Part shown: piece by piece, positions 10,999 to 20,583 of the stretch
Layout: the number at the start of each line of letters is the position of its first letter
How positions within the stretch are numbered: position 1 is the first letter of the stretch
Origin: Nitrospirales bacterium
GTDB lineage: Bacteria; Nitrospirota; Nitrospiria; Nitrospirales; UBA8639
Direction of reading: 5' to 3'
NCBI GenBank assembly: GCA_963422365.1
Contig: OY729426.1
Coordinates: 1,280,001 to 1,344,000, forward strand
Length of the DNA: 64,000 nt
Position numbers and translations under genes: made by a program
Notes under the pieces: generated by a model
Databases searched by the model: none
What the model saw: only the letters and a program-made list of their open reading frames with translations
Told to the model about the DNA's origin: nothing

Positions 10999-11314
10999 GA
11001 GCTGTTCGCGTTCGCTGTCTGGAGATCAGCATCAAATTCCGCAGGTAGACGAATGTGCCGGTTCCCTGTCCGATAATAAAAACCGGGTCGTGGCGATAGA
11101 TGGCATACGACAACACGATCAGGCCGCCGGCCAGACTCATGTACCAAAAAGCCATGGGGATTTGACTTTCTGCTTTTCGTTCGGACGCGATCCACTGAAC
11201 AACCCAACGAGAAAAAAACAGGCTTTGCCCGAAAAATCCAATGCCCAGCCAGAGGCTCTCCATCGGCGTCAGGTTGACGAAGTAAGCGCTTATGCCGGAC
11301 AGGAGTTCGCTCAT
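10991..11314 (-). CDS. lipid A biosynthesis N-terminal (LAB_N) domain membrane protein
   Basis: GFFGQSLFFSRWVVQWIASE...FWYMS..GG..DPVFI motif. Confidence 0.88.
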   Translation of the reverse strand: MSELLSGISAYFVNLTPMESLWLGIGFFGQSLFFSRWVVQWIASERKAESQIPMAFWYMSLAGGLIVLSYAIYRHDPVFIIGQGTGTFVYLRNLMLISRQRTRTARD

Positions 11315-11423
11315 TGATCAAGAGAAAGGCTATCGCGTTTTTGTCGCGGTGTCATCCCCGCTCGCCTGTCTACCGCCAGGCAGGGGCAGGGACATGCCTC
11401 ATGGCCCGCTCTTCCGGGCCGCA

Positions 11424-11852
11424 TCAGATGACGGTCAACGAGGCTGCAGTTGCCTTCTTTGCAGCACCGATTGGAATGGAGCGGTCAAAGGTGATAAACC
11501 GGCACTCGTTTTCGACGGCCAGTGCCAGAAGATCAATATCCGTGAGCTGACGGGGACTCAGCAAACGCCCATGGTCAATGGTGTCAGGGTTCAGAAGACT
11601 GACGTTATCCGTGAGAAAGCGATGATGCTTTGTGGAAACCGCTTTTTGCAGCCTTGCGACCATTTCAGTCACGTGGACGGCGTGAGGATAGCGAGGTTGT
11701 GACATCATCCTGAGACAGCCGTTCTGGGTCAATGGGCAGGAAGCCCACCCATGGGCGATGTTTTCTTCCAACCATCCTGTGGTCTCCACGTGGTGGACAT
11801 GATCTTCATCGAAGAGAGCAATCAGGACGTTGATATCCAGTAATGCCCTCAT
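11424..11852 (-). CDS. VapC-family PIN toxin
   Basis: LLDINVLIAL...HVHH, SCPLTQNG, QLTD..LLALA, TFD. Confidence 0.9.
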   Translation of the reverse strand: MRALLDINVLIALFDEDHVHHVETTGWLEENIAHGWASCPLTQNGCLRMMSQPRYPHAVHVTEMVARLQKAVSTKHHRFLTDNVSLLNPDTIDHGRLLSPRQLTDIDLLALAVENECRFITFDRSIPIGAAKKATAASLTVI

Positions 11853-11855
11853 TGT

Positions 11856-12104
11856 TTAATCGCCCAATTCCTCCCTGAGCGTATTAATAGATTGATTGGT
11901 CACGATGCCACCACGGGAAGGAACAGGCTGGAAACCATACATGCCCCTGTTCAATGCTTCTCTCGTGTGTGCACGGCTGGCACGCGTGCTCATGGCTTGG
12001 CGCAACAATTCCGAAATGACCTGACCGGCTGTCTTGTGTTCCCGTTCCGCCAACTCTTTCGCTGCCACAAGTAGTTCGGTATCAATGTTCAAGGTTGTAC
12101 GCAT
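11856..12104 (-). CDS. VapB/CopG-like RHH antitoxin
   Basis: MRTTLNID..LL.AAKELA....TAGQVISEL; directly upstream of the PIN gene. Confidence 0.88.
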   Translation of the reverse strand: MRTTLNIDTELLVAAKELAEREHKTAGQVISELLRQAMSTRASRAHTREALNRGMYGFQPVPSRGGIVTNQSINTLREELGD

Positions 12105-12124
12105 CACGTGTCTCCACACATCAG

Positions 12125-12170
12125 ATAATGATAGATGCATCGTGCATCAAGCATCAAGCATCTTCAGCAT
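12125..12170 (-). promoter_or_regulatory. putative vapBC promoter/operator with GCATC(AA) repeats
   Basis: GCATCgtGCATCAAGCATCAAGCATC run; the minus strand gives TTGATG and TATCAT boxes upstream of the antitoxin. Confidence 0.5.
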
Positions 12171-12250
12171 GGATTGGTTGCCGCTTCGAGGATTTCCGTC
12201 GTGAGTCTGATTGAACCCGGATCACGGCGATAGGGAGAGGCCGGCGCGGG

Positions 12251-13024
12251 TCATGGCGAATCGTGCGAGGCAGCGCCGGCGGAATCAGGCGGCGTCGGCA
12301 CCACGGTATATCGCAAACATCGCTTTTGCATCCATCGGACAGCCAGGAGATCGTACAGGCCGGCAAAGAGGCGATTGCCGATTCCGTATTTGGAAGACCC
12401 ATGGGCTCGCGGGAAATGTTGAACCGGCACTTCGGTCACGGAAAACCCGTACATCTTGGCGAGCACGGGGAAAAACCGGTGCATGTTGTGAAAAAGGGGA
12501 ATCCGCTCGATCACCGGACGCCGAAAGATTTTCAAAGAACAGCCGGAGTCGTGAATGCCGTCGCGGAGTACGATGTTCCGAGCCAGGCAAGCAAGACGTG
12601 ACGAGAGTCGCCGAATGAGCGTGTCGAGCCGTTGCCGACGGTGTCCACACACAAGATCGTAGTCCTTTGTCAACGGAAGCAGGCGGGAAATATCCGCGGG
12701 ATCGTATTGAAGATCGCCGTCCAGTGTGGCAATCAATTCGCCCTGGGCGTGGCGAAAGCCCGCAGCAAAGGCTGCGGTTTGCCCGTGATTACGATCGAAA
12801 TGAATCACCCTGACCTCCGGGGTGTGGTGGCGGATCTCATCTAACAGAGCGGCACTGCCGTCCGTGCTGCCGTCATCCACGTACAAAATTTCAAATGGGG
12901 CGCTGCGCGACGGCTCCAGGCTTCCTAAGACCTTCGTCAGTTGAGAGGTTAACGTCTGAAGGTTATCCCGCTCATCCTTGATGGGGATCACCGTGGAGAG
13001 CCAGGGCGGGGGGGAGTGAATCAT
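12251..13024 (-). CDS. GT2 polyprenyl-phosphate glycosyltransferase (ArnC/DPM-like)
   Basis: VDDGSTDGS, RNHGQ, DGDLQYDP, DSGCSLK, MHRF and R..G.SKY motifs. Confidence 0.9.
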   Translation of the reverse strand: MIHSPPPWLSTVIPIKDERDNLQTLTSQLTKVLGSLEPSRSAPFEILYVDDGSTDGSAALLDEIRHHTPEVRVIHFDRNHGQTAAFAAGFRHAQGELIATLDGDLQYDPADISRLLPLTKDYDLVCGHRRQRLDTLIRRLSSRLACLARNIVLRDGIHDSGCSLKIFRRPVIERIPLFHNMHRFFPVLAKMYGFSVTEVPVQHFPRAHGSSKYGIGNRLFAGLYDLLAVRWMQKRCLRYTVVPTPPDSAGAASHDSP

Positions 13025-13210
13025 ACGCGGTGCCGGGGCAAGAGGTTCGGTTTCATGTGAAGGGTATCAACGCTGAGGCGCGTTTCGAAAGAGGAGGAAT
13101 GTTTTTCACGAAGCTGGTTGCCTATTCTACGCATCGCCCTTAGACGGGTCAAACCCGTTTCTGGAGCAGGAGCAGCTGTGCCGATGCGGAAGGACGCGTC
13201 ATGCGGAGGT

Positions 13211-13837
13211 TCAGGTTTTCGGCGTAACCGTGAAGTGCAAGATGCCCATGCGGGTGACCTCGTTGGCCTCGAACCCCACAAATATTTCGACTCGGTAGAG
13301 TCCTGGAATCCAGCCTTCTTGCGACGGCGCAAAGAACTTGAGGTAGCCGCTTTCATCTTCCACCGTCAGATAGACGGTTTCTTCATCGGTGAAGGTCTCC
13401 CCGGACAACCCCGGCACTTTTTCCGGAAATAAGCGCCCGATGACTTGATACGCGGTATAGTGCTGAAACACCCGAAACACGACGTGAACCGCCAACGCAT
13501 CTGAAGGGAAGACCTCGGTTGGATGGATGGGGTAATAGCGGTGCCCGCGCCGAAAATCAAAATCTTCTTCAAAGCGTTCCGCGAGGGTGATATGAAGAAA
13601 CAGTCCCCCGGGTGTCTTGTCCTTGAGACGAGACGAGTCAGGTGTCGGGTTCTTGTAATAGTCCAATGGGGTGGGAGCGATTTCCTCCGGACTCAGGGGA
13701 ATAGTATCGAACTGGGCAAAGCCGTGCTGTGTTTCGTTGGGACTAAAGGGAGCCGGGGGCGTGTCTTGGGCCGGGACCGGACCCGAAAGGCACAGGAAGC
13801 AAAGGGCGACGTACAGAAAATGATTCCAGGGTGCCAT
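13211..13837 (-). CDS. exported hypothetical protein
   Basis: Signal-peptide-like start MAPWNHFLYVALCFLCLSGPVPA; the longer ORF call runs through a REP. Confidence 0.6.
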   Translation of the reverse strand: MAPWNHFLYVALCFLCLSGPVPAQDTPPAPFSPNETQHGFAQFDTIPLSPEEIAPTPLDYYKNPTPDSSRLKDKTPGGLFLHITLAERFEEDFDFRRGHRYYPIHPTEVFPSDALAVHVVFRVFQHYTAYQVIGRLFPEKVPGLSGETFTDEETVYLTVEDESGYLKFFAPSQEGWIPGLYRVEIFVGFEANEVTRMGILHFTVTPKT

Positions 13838-13869
13838 CCCTGCTCGGGGGCAGGGAGAGGCCTTGTCTC

Positions 13870-13946
13870 GCCGGATCCAACTCTGTGTAGCGCGGGATCT
13901 CATCCCGCCTTCTTCCTGGCTGCAGAGGATGCCGCTGCTACAGGGA
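13870..13946. repeat. REP doublet (REPIN-like), left flank of the RAYT; near-direct repeat of 14571-14647
   Basis: GTAG-CGCGGGATCTCATCCCGCC-ttcttcct-GGCTGCAGAGGATGCCGCTG-CTAC. Confidence 0.85.
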
Positions 13947-13952
13947 CATACC

Positions 13953-14443
13953 TCATGGCACTTTCTCATAAAACTGCTCGCAATCTATCTGGTCAACAAT
14001 AGGGTGATTCGCCATGTACTCGCGGATCTTATTGAGAGCGGCTTCATTTCGAATGACATGGTCATCATAATTGGACTGCCAATATGGAAGGGCCTAATCC
14101 CCATGCCCGCGTTACCCACGACTTGAAAACCTGAATGACTCGACCAAGCGGTTTATCCGACGATTGAAAAATAAAAATCACATGCAGGTGATTCGGCATC
14201 ACCACGATCTGATCGATTGAGACACCAGAGAAAAATCGAAGAATTTGTTCTGTTTTTTGTTGAACCAGGGCTTTGGTTTGGGGGGGGTGCAAATCGTGGG
14301 GTTCTATGCTTCGTACAAAGGGTCACAAAATGGTATCCGTTTCCACGGTAGTCATAATGACGTAATCGAAGGGGTTGGCGGTCTCGCAATCGGAAACTTT
14401 TTTCCAATCTACTTTTCTTTTTGTCATCTGATCCAGGCATCAT
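13953..14443 (-). mobile_element. REP-associated tyrosine transposase (RAYT, HUH Y1 family) with two frameshifts
   Basis: RQPLRLRHYDY...YHFVTLCT, VVMPNHLH (HUH), FKS, WQSNYDDHVIRNE..L..IREY; frame breaks at the G8 run 14280-14287 and near 14081. Confidence 0.85.
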
Positions 14444-14461
14444 GTGTATAGGCTCAGAAAA

Positions 14462-14672
14462 GAGGCACCATGAGATGGCGCCCCTGCAATTCATAGGAAT
14501 CGGCAGCGTCTTACGCTGCCCAGGTATCAATGCGTAGCCGCCGCACCATATGCGCCCATACAGGGATGGTGCCGGATCCAACTCTATGTAGCGCGGGATC
14601 TCATCCCGCCTTCTTCCGGGCCGCAGAAGATGCCGCGGCTACAGGGAAAGGCCGCATGAGATGCGGCCCTAC
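14462..14672. repeat. REP cluster, right flank of the RAYT
   Basis: GGCACCATGAGATGGCGCC; GTAGCCGCCGCA; GTAG(14588)...CTAC(14642); GGCCGCATGAGATGCGGCCCTAC(14672). Confidence 0.85.
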
Positions 14673-14802
14673 GCATTCATTGAATGATGCCGTGACTATA
14701 ACAGGCAGAAGCGTTCCCTTGCGAGGCGAAAAACGCCTTTGATACAATCGCCTTCCTTTCAGGGTCGCGTCGTCAGATCCGAATCATAAATGAGGCGAGT
14801 GT

Positions 14803-16245
14803 ATGGTTGATGGAGTTGCTGCGCAAGTTGCTGAGAATGAAGAAGCGTTACCCCAATTATTAGGGGAGTTTGCGCCGATCGATGTCTGGCAACAGCATAT
14901 GAATACCGTGTTCTATGGTCTGCGAGGCGAACGCCTGCGGGAACTCTATCAAACCTTTGCCGCGGCTGATTACCGCTTGGCGTATGCCTTGGCCGCGGAT
15001 TACGTCCAACGGGCCACCCAACGCCACAAAGCCATTCCCGATACAGGAGCCACCCCACTTACCATAATGGAATGGGGATGCGGCAATGGCAATTTGGCCG
15101 CCTGCTTTCTGGATCACGTCAAGGCCCTTGATCCAGGCGCAACGCTCTATCCGCGTCTGCAGTACGTGCTTGTTGATGCCTCGGATACCGTGCTGGCAAG
15201 CGCCAGGGCGAATGCGGAGTTGGCCAAGCATCAGGACCGCGTGCAATTCGTTCAGGCCACGGTGAACGAGCTGCAATCGTATCGCGATGGATCGGTCGAT
15301 CGGATTGTGTGCAATGAATTGTGGAGCGAGTTGCCCACCAAACTCTTGCTGCGCAAGGCCGGGGATGTGATGGAAGAACACATCCGCCCCAACTTAAAGG
15401 AAACCAGACTCAATGACTTTCCTGATTGGCCGGGCTTCGTTCAGGCATTCGAGCAAGCCGATATCGCCGGGCTCAAAACGCTCCCGACCTTTCTGGAGGA
15501 CGTGGTGTGGGAACGGGAGTATCACAACGTCGAGGCCAAAGACCTTTCGTTCCGTCGCCTGATTACGGATTTCTTGAAACTCTTTGACGAAGAACTCTTG
15601 ATGCCCGTGAATATCGGTGCAGCCTCTTCCCTCAAAGAAGCATATCGGTTGCTGGCCCCGGATGCGCTCGGGTTCAGCAGCTTCGATGCCGGCACGGCAG
15701 ACGAGGCCGTCCTCAATGATCCGGAAAAACCCTGCTACAACCTCGTGGGCGGACAATTCAGTTTTATGGTCAACGTGGCGTTGCTGGAAGACGTGGCCGG
15801 ACAGGTCGGCGGCGGGCAGGTGACGGTCGAGCCGCAAAAAGAATTTGTCGGAAGAAGCCTCGGGGTCAACGTTATGAGTTTCATGGACGTGCTGGCCTCC
15901 CATCCGAACGTGCCGCAAGACGGACCATGGGACATTGATCGATTGATCTTGAAAACCATCGAGGCGGTGAATGCCGGCTATACGAGTCCCTATGAACGAA
16001 CCATCGAATTGCCCATTGCGCCTACGACCCCGGAGGAGACCCGTCGGGAGTTGGAGCAACTGCTGGAACGACAGTCAAAGCACGGAATCGCGGATACCGT
16101 GGCCTACCTCACGGAAGAGGAGGTCATGCGCGTGGTGGGTCCACTGGAAGCATTAGGCTACGACCGAGGCATTCTCCAGGCCGCGTTCATGGCCCCGCCG
16201 CAACCCGTTGATTATTTCCATTTCCAGATGGTGCCGAAAAAATAG
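14803..16245 (+). CDS. class I SAM-dependent methyltransferase-like protein (MidA/NDUFAF7-like)
   Basis: MEWGCGNGNLA, YVLVD and CNELWSELP motifs. Confidence 0.75.
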   Translation: MVDGVAAQVAENEEALPQLLGEFAPIDVWQQHMNTVFYGLRGERLRELYQTFAAADYRLAYALAADYVQRATQRHKAIPDTGATPLTIMEWGCGNGNLAACFLDHVKALDPGATLYPRLQYVLVDASDTVLASARANAELAKHQDRVQFVQATVNELQSYRDGSVDRIVCNELWSELPTKLLLRKAGDVMEEHIRPNLKETRLNDFPDWPGFVQAFEQADIAGLKTLPTFLEDVVWEREYHNVEAKDLSFRRLITDFLKLFDEELLMPVNIGAASSLKEAYRLLAPDALGFSSFDAGTADEAVLNDPEKPCYNLVGGQFSFMVNVALLEDVAGQVGGGQVTVEPQKEFVGRSLGVNVMSFMDVLASHPNVPQDGPWDIDRLILKTIEAVNAGYTSPYERTIELPIAPTTPEETRRELEQLLERQSKHGIADTVAYLTEEEVMRVVGPLEALGYDRGILQAAFMAPPQPVDYFHFQMVPKK

Positions 16246-16261
16246 GCCGCCTCCCTGGTCA

Positions 16262-16350
16262 CCCGTCTGCCGACCGGACATGGCACAGGCAGGCGCCCCG
16301 GACGTGCCTCATGCGGCCAAGAAGAAAGCGCAATGGGATCGCGTCGCTGC
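16262..16350. repeat. composite CCTGTCTG..CAGGCAGG palindrome plus degenerate REP doublet
   Basis: cccgtctgcc...caggcagg, then gacgtgCCTCATGCGGCC-aagaagaaa-GCGCAATGGGATCGCGTCGCTGC. Confidence 0.65.
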
Positions 16351-16509
16351 AAGAGGAACCAAGGGCCGAAAAATATGCGAATGATAAAGATTGATCCGGA
16401 ATGCGAGCCCAGAGAATGGCGGAACAGATAGAACGAAGGATGATGTGGAGTTCAGGCGTACAAAACAGGAAAAGATTGGTGGCGTGAGAAATAACGCGGA
16501 GACGTCAGA

Positions 16510-17319
16510 TTACATCGAAGCAGGAGAACGCTTGAGAGTCAACGCTTCATCTATTTCATCGATGATTGTTCCCGCAGCTTTTTTTCTGTCCGGAGCATTG
16601 AGAATGGGTCTGCCCACAACGAGGTAATCGGCCCCCCATTGTATCGCTTGACTTGGGGTTGTCCATCTTTCGTGATCGTCTGATCTGTTTCCCAATGGAC
16701 GAATGCCGGGACTCACAATGAGTGTATCAATGTGTTTATCCGTGAAGTCTTTTCGACAGGCCTGAATGGCATCTCCTGACACAATCAGCCCGTCGCACCC
16801 TGCTGCGATAAGGGACCGACCGTTTTTCAGGATCAGGTCGGTGACACTCGAGACTTCATAGGCTCTCAACGTCCGTGCCTCTGGTCTCGCACTTGAGAGT
16901 AATGGGACGCCAAGAATTTTCGGATACTCACTGCCGTCTCGTGCTCGTACAGCCGTTGAAATCACTCCGGATTCGATCTCAGATGATGCCGGAACTCCCA
17001 ATGTAATAAATTGAATCCGATACGTCGAACACACGTTGACAAATCGTGTAATCGTATTGCCAATATCTCCGGCAACCTTCAAATCAAGAAAGATGCCGCC
17101 GTGCCCCGATCGTGTTTGCTGTACCTCTTTCATGAGCTCAAGGATATTCCCTGCCAGGATCAACTCCAGCCCAATCTTGAAGAACAACACATTATCAAGT
17201 TGTTTCACCAACTCGATCGCTTTTTCATGAAGCGGAACGTCAAGCGCAACGATCAATCGATCTTTCCCGGATTTCGTCTGCATTTCCACGTGAGTGCCCA
17301 TTTCCGTCACACTGTGCAT
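16510..17319 (-). CDS. pyrF: orotidine-5'-phosphate decarboxylase, divergent stand-alone copy (start uncertain)
   Basis: RLIVALD, KIGLEL, FLDLK..GDIGNT, SPGIR, TP..A...GADYLVVGRPI. Confidence 0.8.
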   Translation of the reverse strand: MHSVTEMGTHVEMQTKSGKDRLIVALDVPLHEKAIELVKQLDNVLFFKIGLELILAGNILELMKEVQQTRSGHGGIFLDLKVAGDIGNTITRFVNVCSTYRIQFITLGVPASSEIESGVISTAVRARDGSEYPKILGVPLLSSARPEARTLRAYEVSSVTDLILKNGRSLIAAGCDGLIVSGDAIQACRKDFTDKHIDTLIVSPGIRPLGNRSDDHERWTTPSQAIQWGADYLVVGRPILNAPDRKKAAGTIIDEIDEALTLKRSPASM

Positions 17320-17658
17320 CCGGTGTATTCGTGGCGATTCGTCACCGGCATGATCTGCTCATTACCACTAGTGGTGAACCCTGTCAATGGTTGGGGGGCT
17401 ATATAGTACGGTAGTCGTGTGAATTCGTCCAATGTTGGACGAATTCAGCGAGAATGGCGGCTCAAGGTCTTGACAACCCCAAGGCCACCTGCGAATGGGA
17501 CAATCTGAACGAACGGGGTGAAGAATCACCCGAGGGTCCGTTGGCATAGAATGCCCTTTATTTTTTTGTGGACTTTTTGATCGTATGCGAGTATATTCCA
17601 ATCATTTAGTACTTTCTGAGTGAAAGCTGAAGCGAGAGTCCTAACAAGAGGTTGAAAG

Positions 17659-17964
17659 ATGATTGGTTCCTTTGGGTGGATGGAATTATTACTCATCCTG
17701 TTCATCGTCCTCATTATTTTCGGGGCGGGAAAAATCCCGCAACTGGGAGAAGGATTAGGAAAAGCCATCAAAGGGTTCAAAAAGTCGATTAATGAATCGG
17801 ACGCCATGGACGTGACGCCGCAGGAAGATGCGGGCATGGGAACAACGGGGTCACCGCAGCCGCCGGGCCAAATCAACGAGCCGGCCGTGGCGCAAAACGC
17901 CGTACCACCGTCAGGAGAACCCGCGCAACAGCCGCAGCCGGCAACGGAAAACAGGCAGGCATAA
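17659..17964 (+). CDS. tatA: twin-arginine translocase TatA/E subunit
   Basis: [36 protein letters not shown]. Confidence 0.92.
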   Translation: MIGSFGWMELLLILFIVLIIFGAGKIPQLGEGLGKAIKGFKKSINESDAMDVTPQEDAGMGTTGSPQPPGQINEPAVAQNAVPPSGEPAQQPQPATENRQA

Positions 17965-17985
17965 CGCACAAGAAACAAGATCTGT

Positions 17986-18066
17986 GTAGGGCCGCATCTC
18001 ATGCGGCCATGGACAGGCAACCACACGCAGAAACGCATGGCGGCGCAAATGAGATGGCGTCGCCAC
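17986..18066. repeat. REP doublet between the tat genes
   Basis: GTAGGGCCGCATCTCATGCGGCC ... GGCGCAAATGAGATGGCGTCGCCAC. Confidence 0.8.
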
Positions 18067-18088
18067 CTGGAACTTGGTGTGAAGAGCG

Positions 18089-18382
18089 ATGTTTGGCTTA
18101 GGGGCAATGGAAATCCTGATTATTTTGATCATTGCCTTTCTGTTGTTCGGGCCCAAGGAATTGCCGGAAATCGGAAAGCAGGTAGGGAAAGCCGTCAGGG
18201 GGTTCAAGGAAACCGCGGATGATTTACGACAGTCGGTCGAGCCGGAAATTCAGACGATTCAGCAAGAAGTGAAAATGGTGGAACAGGATCTGCAATCATC
18301 CATGAAAGAAGCGGAAGACTCCATCAAGGGCGCAGGCGATGCGGCCTCAGCCGGGATCAACGAAGGAAACAAACCTGCGTGA
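18089..18382 (+). CDS. TatA/TatB-family translocase subunit
   Basis: MFGLGAMEILIILIIAFLLFGPKELPEIGKQVGKAVRGFK. Confidence 0.88.
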   Translation: MFGLGAMEILIILIIAFLLFGPKELPEIGKQVGKAVRGFKETADDLRQSVEPEIQTIQQEVKMVEQDLQSSMKEAEDSIKGAGDAASAGINEGNKPA

Positions 18383-18383
18383 T

Positions 18384-18496
18384 GTAGCCGCCGCATGGTA
18401 GGCCATGAATATGCAGGGCGGTATCCCGTGTTCACCTGTCTGCCTGCCTGACGCGGTGCACCGGCAGGCGAAGCCCCTGACGTACCTCATGCGGTT
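18384..18496. repeat. degenerate REP plus CCTGTCTG..CAGG composite
   Basis: GTAGCCGCCGCATG directly after the stop; cctgtctgcc...ccggcagg; gacgtaCCTCATGCGG. Confidence 0.55.
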
Positions 18497-18563
18497 CTAG
18501 GATTAAGGCCGAATAGAGAGCGAAATGAACCGTATCGAAAAATCATCAATCAAAAACACAGAC

Positions 18564-18690
18564 CGTATCATTTTTGACACGGACTTGAAAGGGTTGACCT
18601 GAGCCTTGGAGAAAAAAAATAAATACATTCAAGGTATTGCAATGAAATAAATTTTGGCATACATTTGGCATACATACATTTGGCATACAT
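18564..18690 (+). promoter_or_regulatory. putative sigma54 promoter with upstream activator palindrome and IHF-like site
   Basis: CGTATCA-TTTT-TGACACG (18564-18581); A-tract plus ATTCAAGGTATTG; TTGGCATACATTTGGCA with GG-N10-GC (18656-18669). Confidence 0.55.
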
Positions 18691-18983
18691 TGTAGAGAAA
18701 TAACGGGCATCAAAACAGATCAGGGAACTCAATTTACCAAAGGAGGTGTGGGGAAATCAGAAAGAACATGTCTCCGAAGGTCTTCTTCGGAGAAGGGGAC
18801 ATGGTATCCGGATAAGAGCTGGAATCCAGGTCAGAATGTTCCGAAGGAAAATGAACACAGGCAAGAAAAAATTTGTAAAATTTCGCAATAATAATGTTTA
18901 CTGAAAAGAAGACATGATCGTTGGCCGGCAAGAACAACGTGCTGCGGCTGGGGGGGGATTAACATTTACAGGAGGAGTCTCAA

Positions 18984-20474
18984 ATGAAAAAATTCGACAA
19001 TGTTATCATGTGGGCAATGGCTGCGGTCCTGATTGCAGGGCTGACGGCCGTTCCGGTTTTTGCCGAGAAAACCACTCCGGCCACGGATAAGAACTCGGCC
19101 GTGCCGGCCGTGCCGCGCGCGATTCCGGATCTGATTCCATATACCAAATTCGATCCGCCGACAAGCAAGCTGTTCGACATCAACAAACTGACCATCTCTG
19201 GCGACCTCAGGGTACGCCCGGAATTCAGAAACAACAATAATTTTGGTGCTGGAAAGAGCAATACGTTTTTCGTGCAGCAATGGGTGCGGCTGGGCTTCAA
19301 CTATTCCATCTCGCCGGACGTGACCTTTTTCTTCCAGCCCCAGTATTCCAAGAATTGGGGGAGAGGCGGGGTTGGCACTGGGGGCACGAGGAACTTAGAT
19401 GCCCTTTCGACCGACGGTAATATCTTTGCCAGACAAGCCTTCATGCTGGTGCGGAACTTCCTGGTGCCGAACCTGACCATCAAAGCCGGACGTCAGTTGG
19501 TGGTCTGGGGCAACCATCGCATGTTCGGGCATTTCGACTGGAACAATAGGGGATGGTCTCACGATGGCCTCACCGCGAACTACCAGCTCGGCAAAGGTGC
19601 CAGCCTGCAAGTCGGCTGGTTGCGGACGGATGAGCAAGACTGCGCGAATGCTACCGCAGGGGGATGTAACGCAGGGAGTACCAATAAAGCCACAGATGAT
19701 GCCGACCTGGTCTACGTCCGGGCGCCCATGAAAGTCGCGGGTCTGGTTCTGGAGCCCACCTACATCTGGCATGGCGGCGGAACTGGTCTTAATGTTGATG
19801 CTCCTCGTCCTCCCGATCAATCCCGGCATACCGTCGGAGGTCGGGCTGTCAAGAAGATGCCTTTGGGCGGTGCCCGCCTGGATGCCACCGTCGAAGGGTA
19901 CTACCAATTCGGGGAGATCGCCGATCCTACAGGGTCTGGCCGGAACGCGGACATCTCGGCCTATGCCTTCCACGTCGATGGGGGTATCACCCTGCCGGTG
20001 CCCATGCAGCCTCGCCTGAGCGCCGAATACAATATAGCGTCAGGTGATGATGATGCTGGTGATGATGACTTCGGAGGGTTTGATCAATTGTACCCCACCA
20101 ACCATATTCACTTCGGGTACATGGACCGCATGTCCTGGAAAAACATGATTCATTATGCGTTCGGTCTTCAACTGCGGCCCACCAAGGACAGCCACTTCGA
20201 AGTGACCGGACACATGTTTGCTCTCAACGAGGAAACCGACCACTGGTATGGTGCTGCCCAAACTCCCGTTATGCGGTCAGCGGGGACCAATACCGAGGAT
20301 GATATAGGCAGTGAAGTTGACGTGGTCTATACCCATTTCTTCACGCCCGGCAATCACGTAGCCTGGCAAATCGGAGGCGGTGTTTTCATGGCCGGTGACT
20401 ATGTCGATAACCAGCGTGGAGGAGATGCTTCCGATCAAAGCTGGGGCTATACCCAACTCTGGGTGAATTTCTAA
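18984..20474 (+). CDS. alginate-export (AlgE-like) outer-membrane beta-barrel porin
   Basis: Signal peptide, GDLRVRPE, KAGRQ..VWGNHR, ASGD, FDQLYPTNH, C-terminal Phe; strong RBS AGGAGG. Confidence 0.85.
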   Translation: MKKFDNVIMWAMAAVLIAGLTAVPVFAEKTTPATDKNSAVPAVPRAIPDLIPYTKFDPPTSKLFDINKLTISGDLRVRPEFRNNNNFGAGKSNTFFVQQWVRLGFNYSISPDVTFFFQPQYSKNWGRGGVGTGGTRNLDALSTDGNIFARQAFMLVRNFLVPNLTIKAGRQLVVWGNHRMFGHFDWNNRGWSHDGLTANYQLGKGASLQVGWLRTDEQDCANATAGGCNAGSTNKATDDADLVYVRAPMKVAGLVLEPTYIWHGGGTGLNVDAPRPPDQSRHTVGGRAVKKMPLGGARLDATVEGYYQFGEIADPTGSGRNADISAYAFHVDGGITLPVPMQPRLSAEYNIASGDDDAGDDDFGGFDQLYPTNHIHFGYMDRMSWKNMIHYAFGLQLRPTKDSHFEVTGHMFALNEETDHWYGAAQTPVMRSAGTNTEDDIGSEVDVVYTHFFTPGNHVAWQIGGGVFMAGDYVDNQRGGDASDQSWGYTQLWVNF

Positions 20475-20544
20475 GCATGTCATGAATCTGTAAAGAGGCC
20501 GCATCCCCACAGTACTTATGCGGTCAGATTCAATCTCTCTCCCG

Positions 20545-20583
20545 ATCCCCGCTGAGGTTCATCCCTCAGCGGGGATTTTTTTT
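20545..20583 (+). terminator. intrinsic terminator of the porin gene
   Basis: ATCCCCGCTGAGG-ttcatc-CCTCAGCGGGGAT followed by a T run. Confidence 0.9.
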
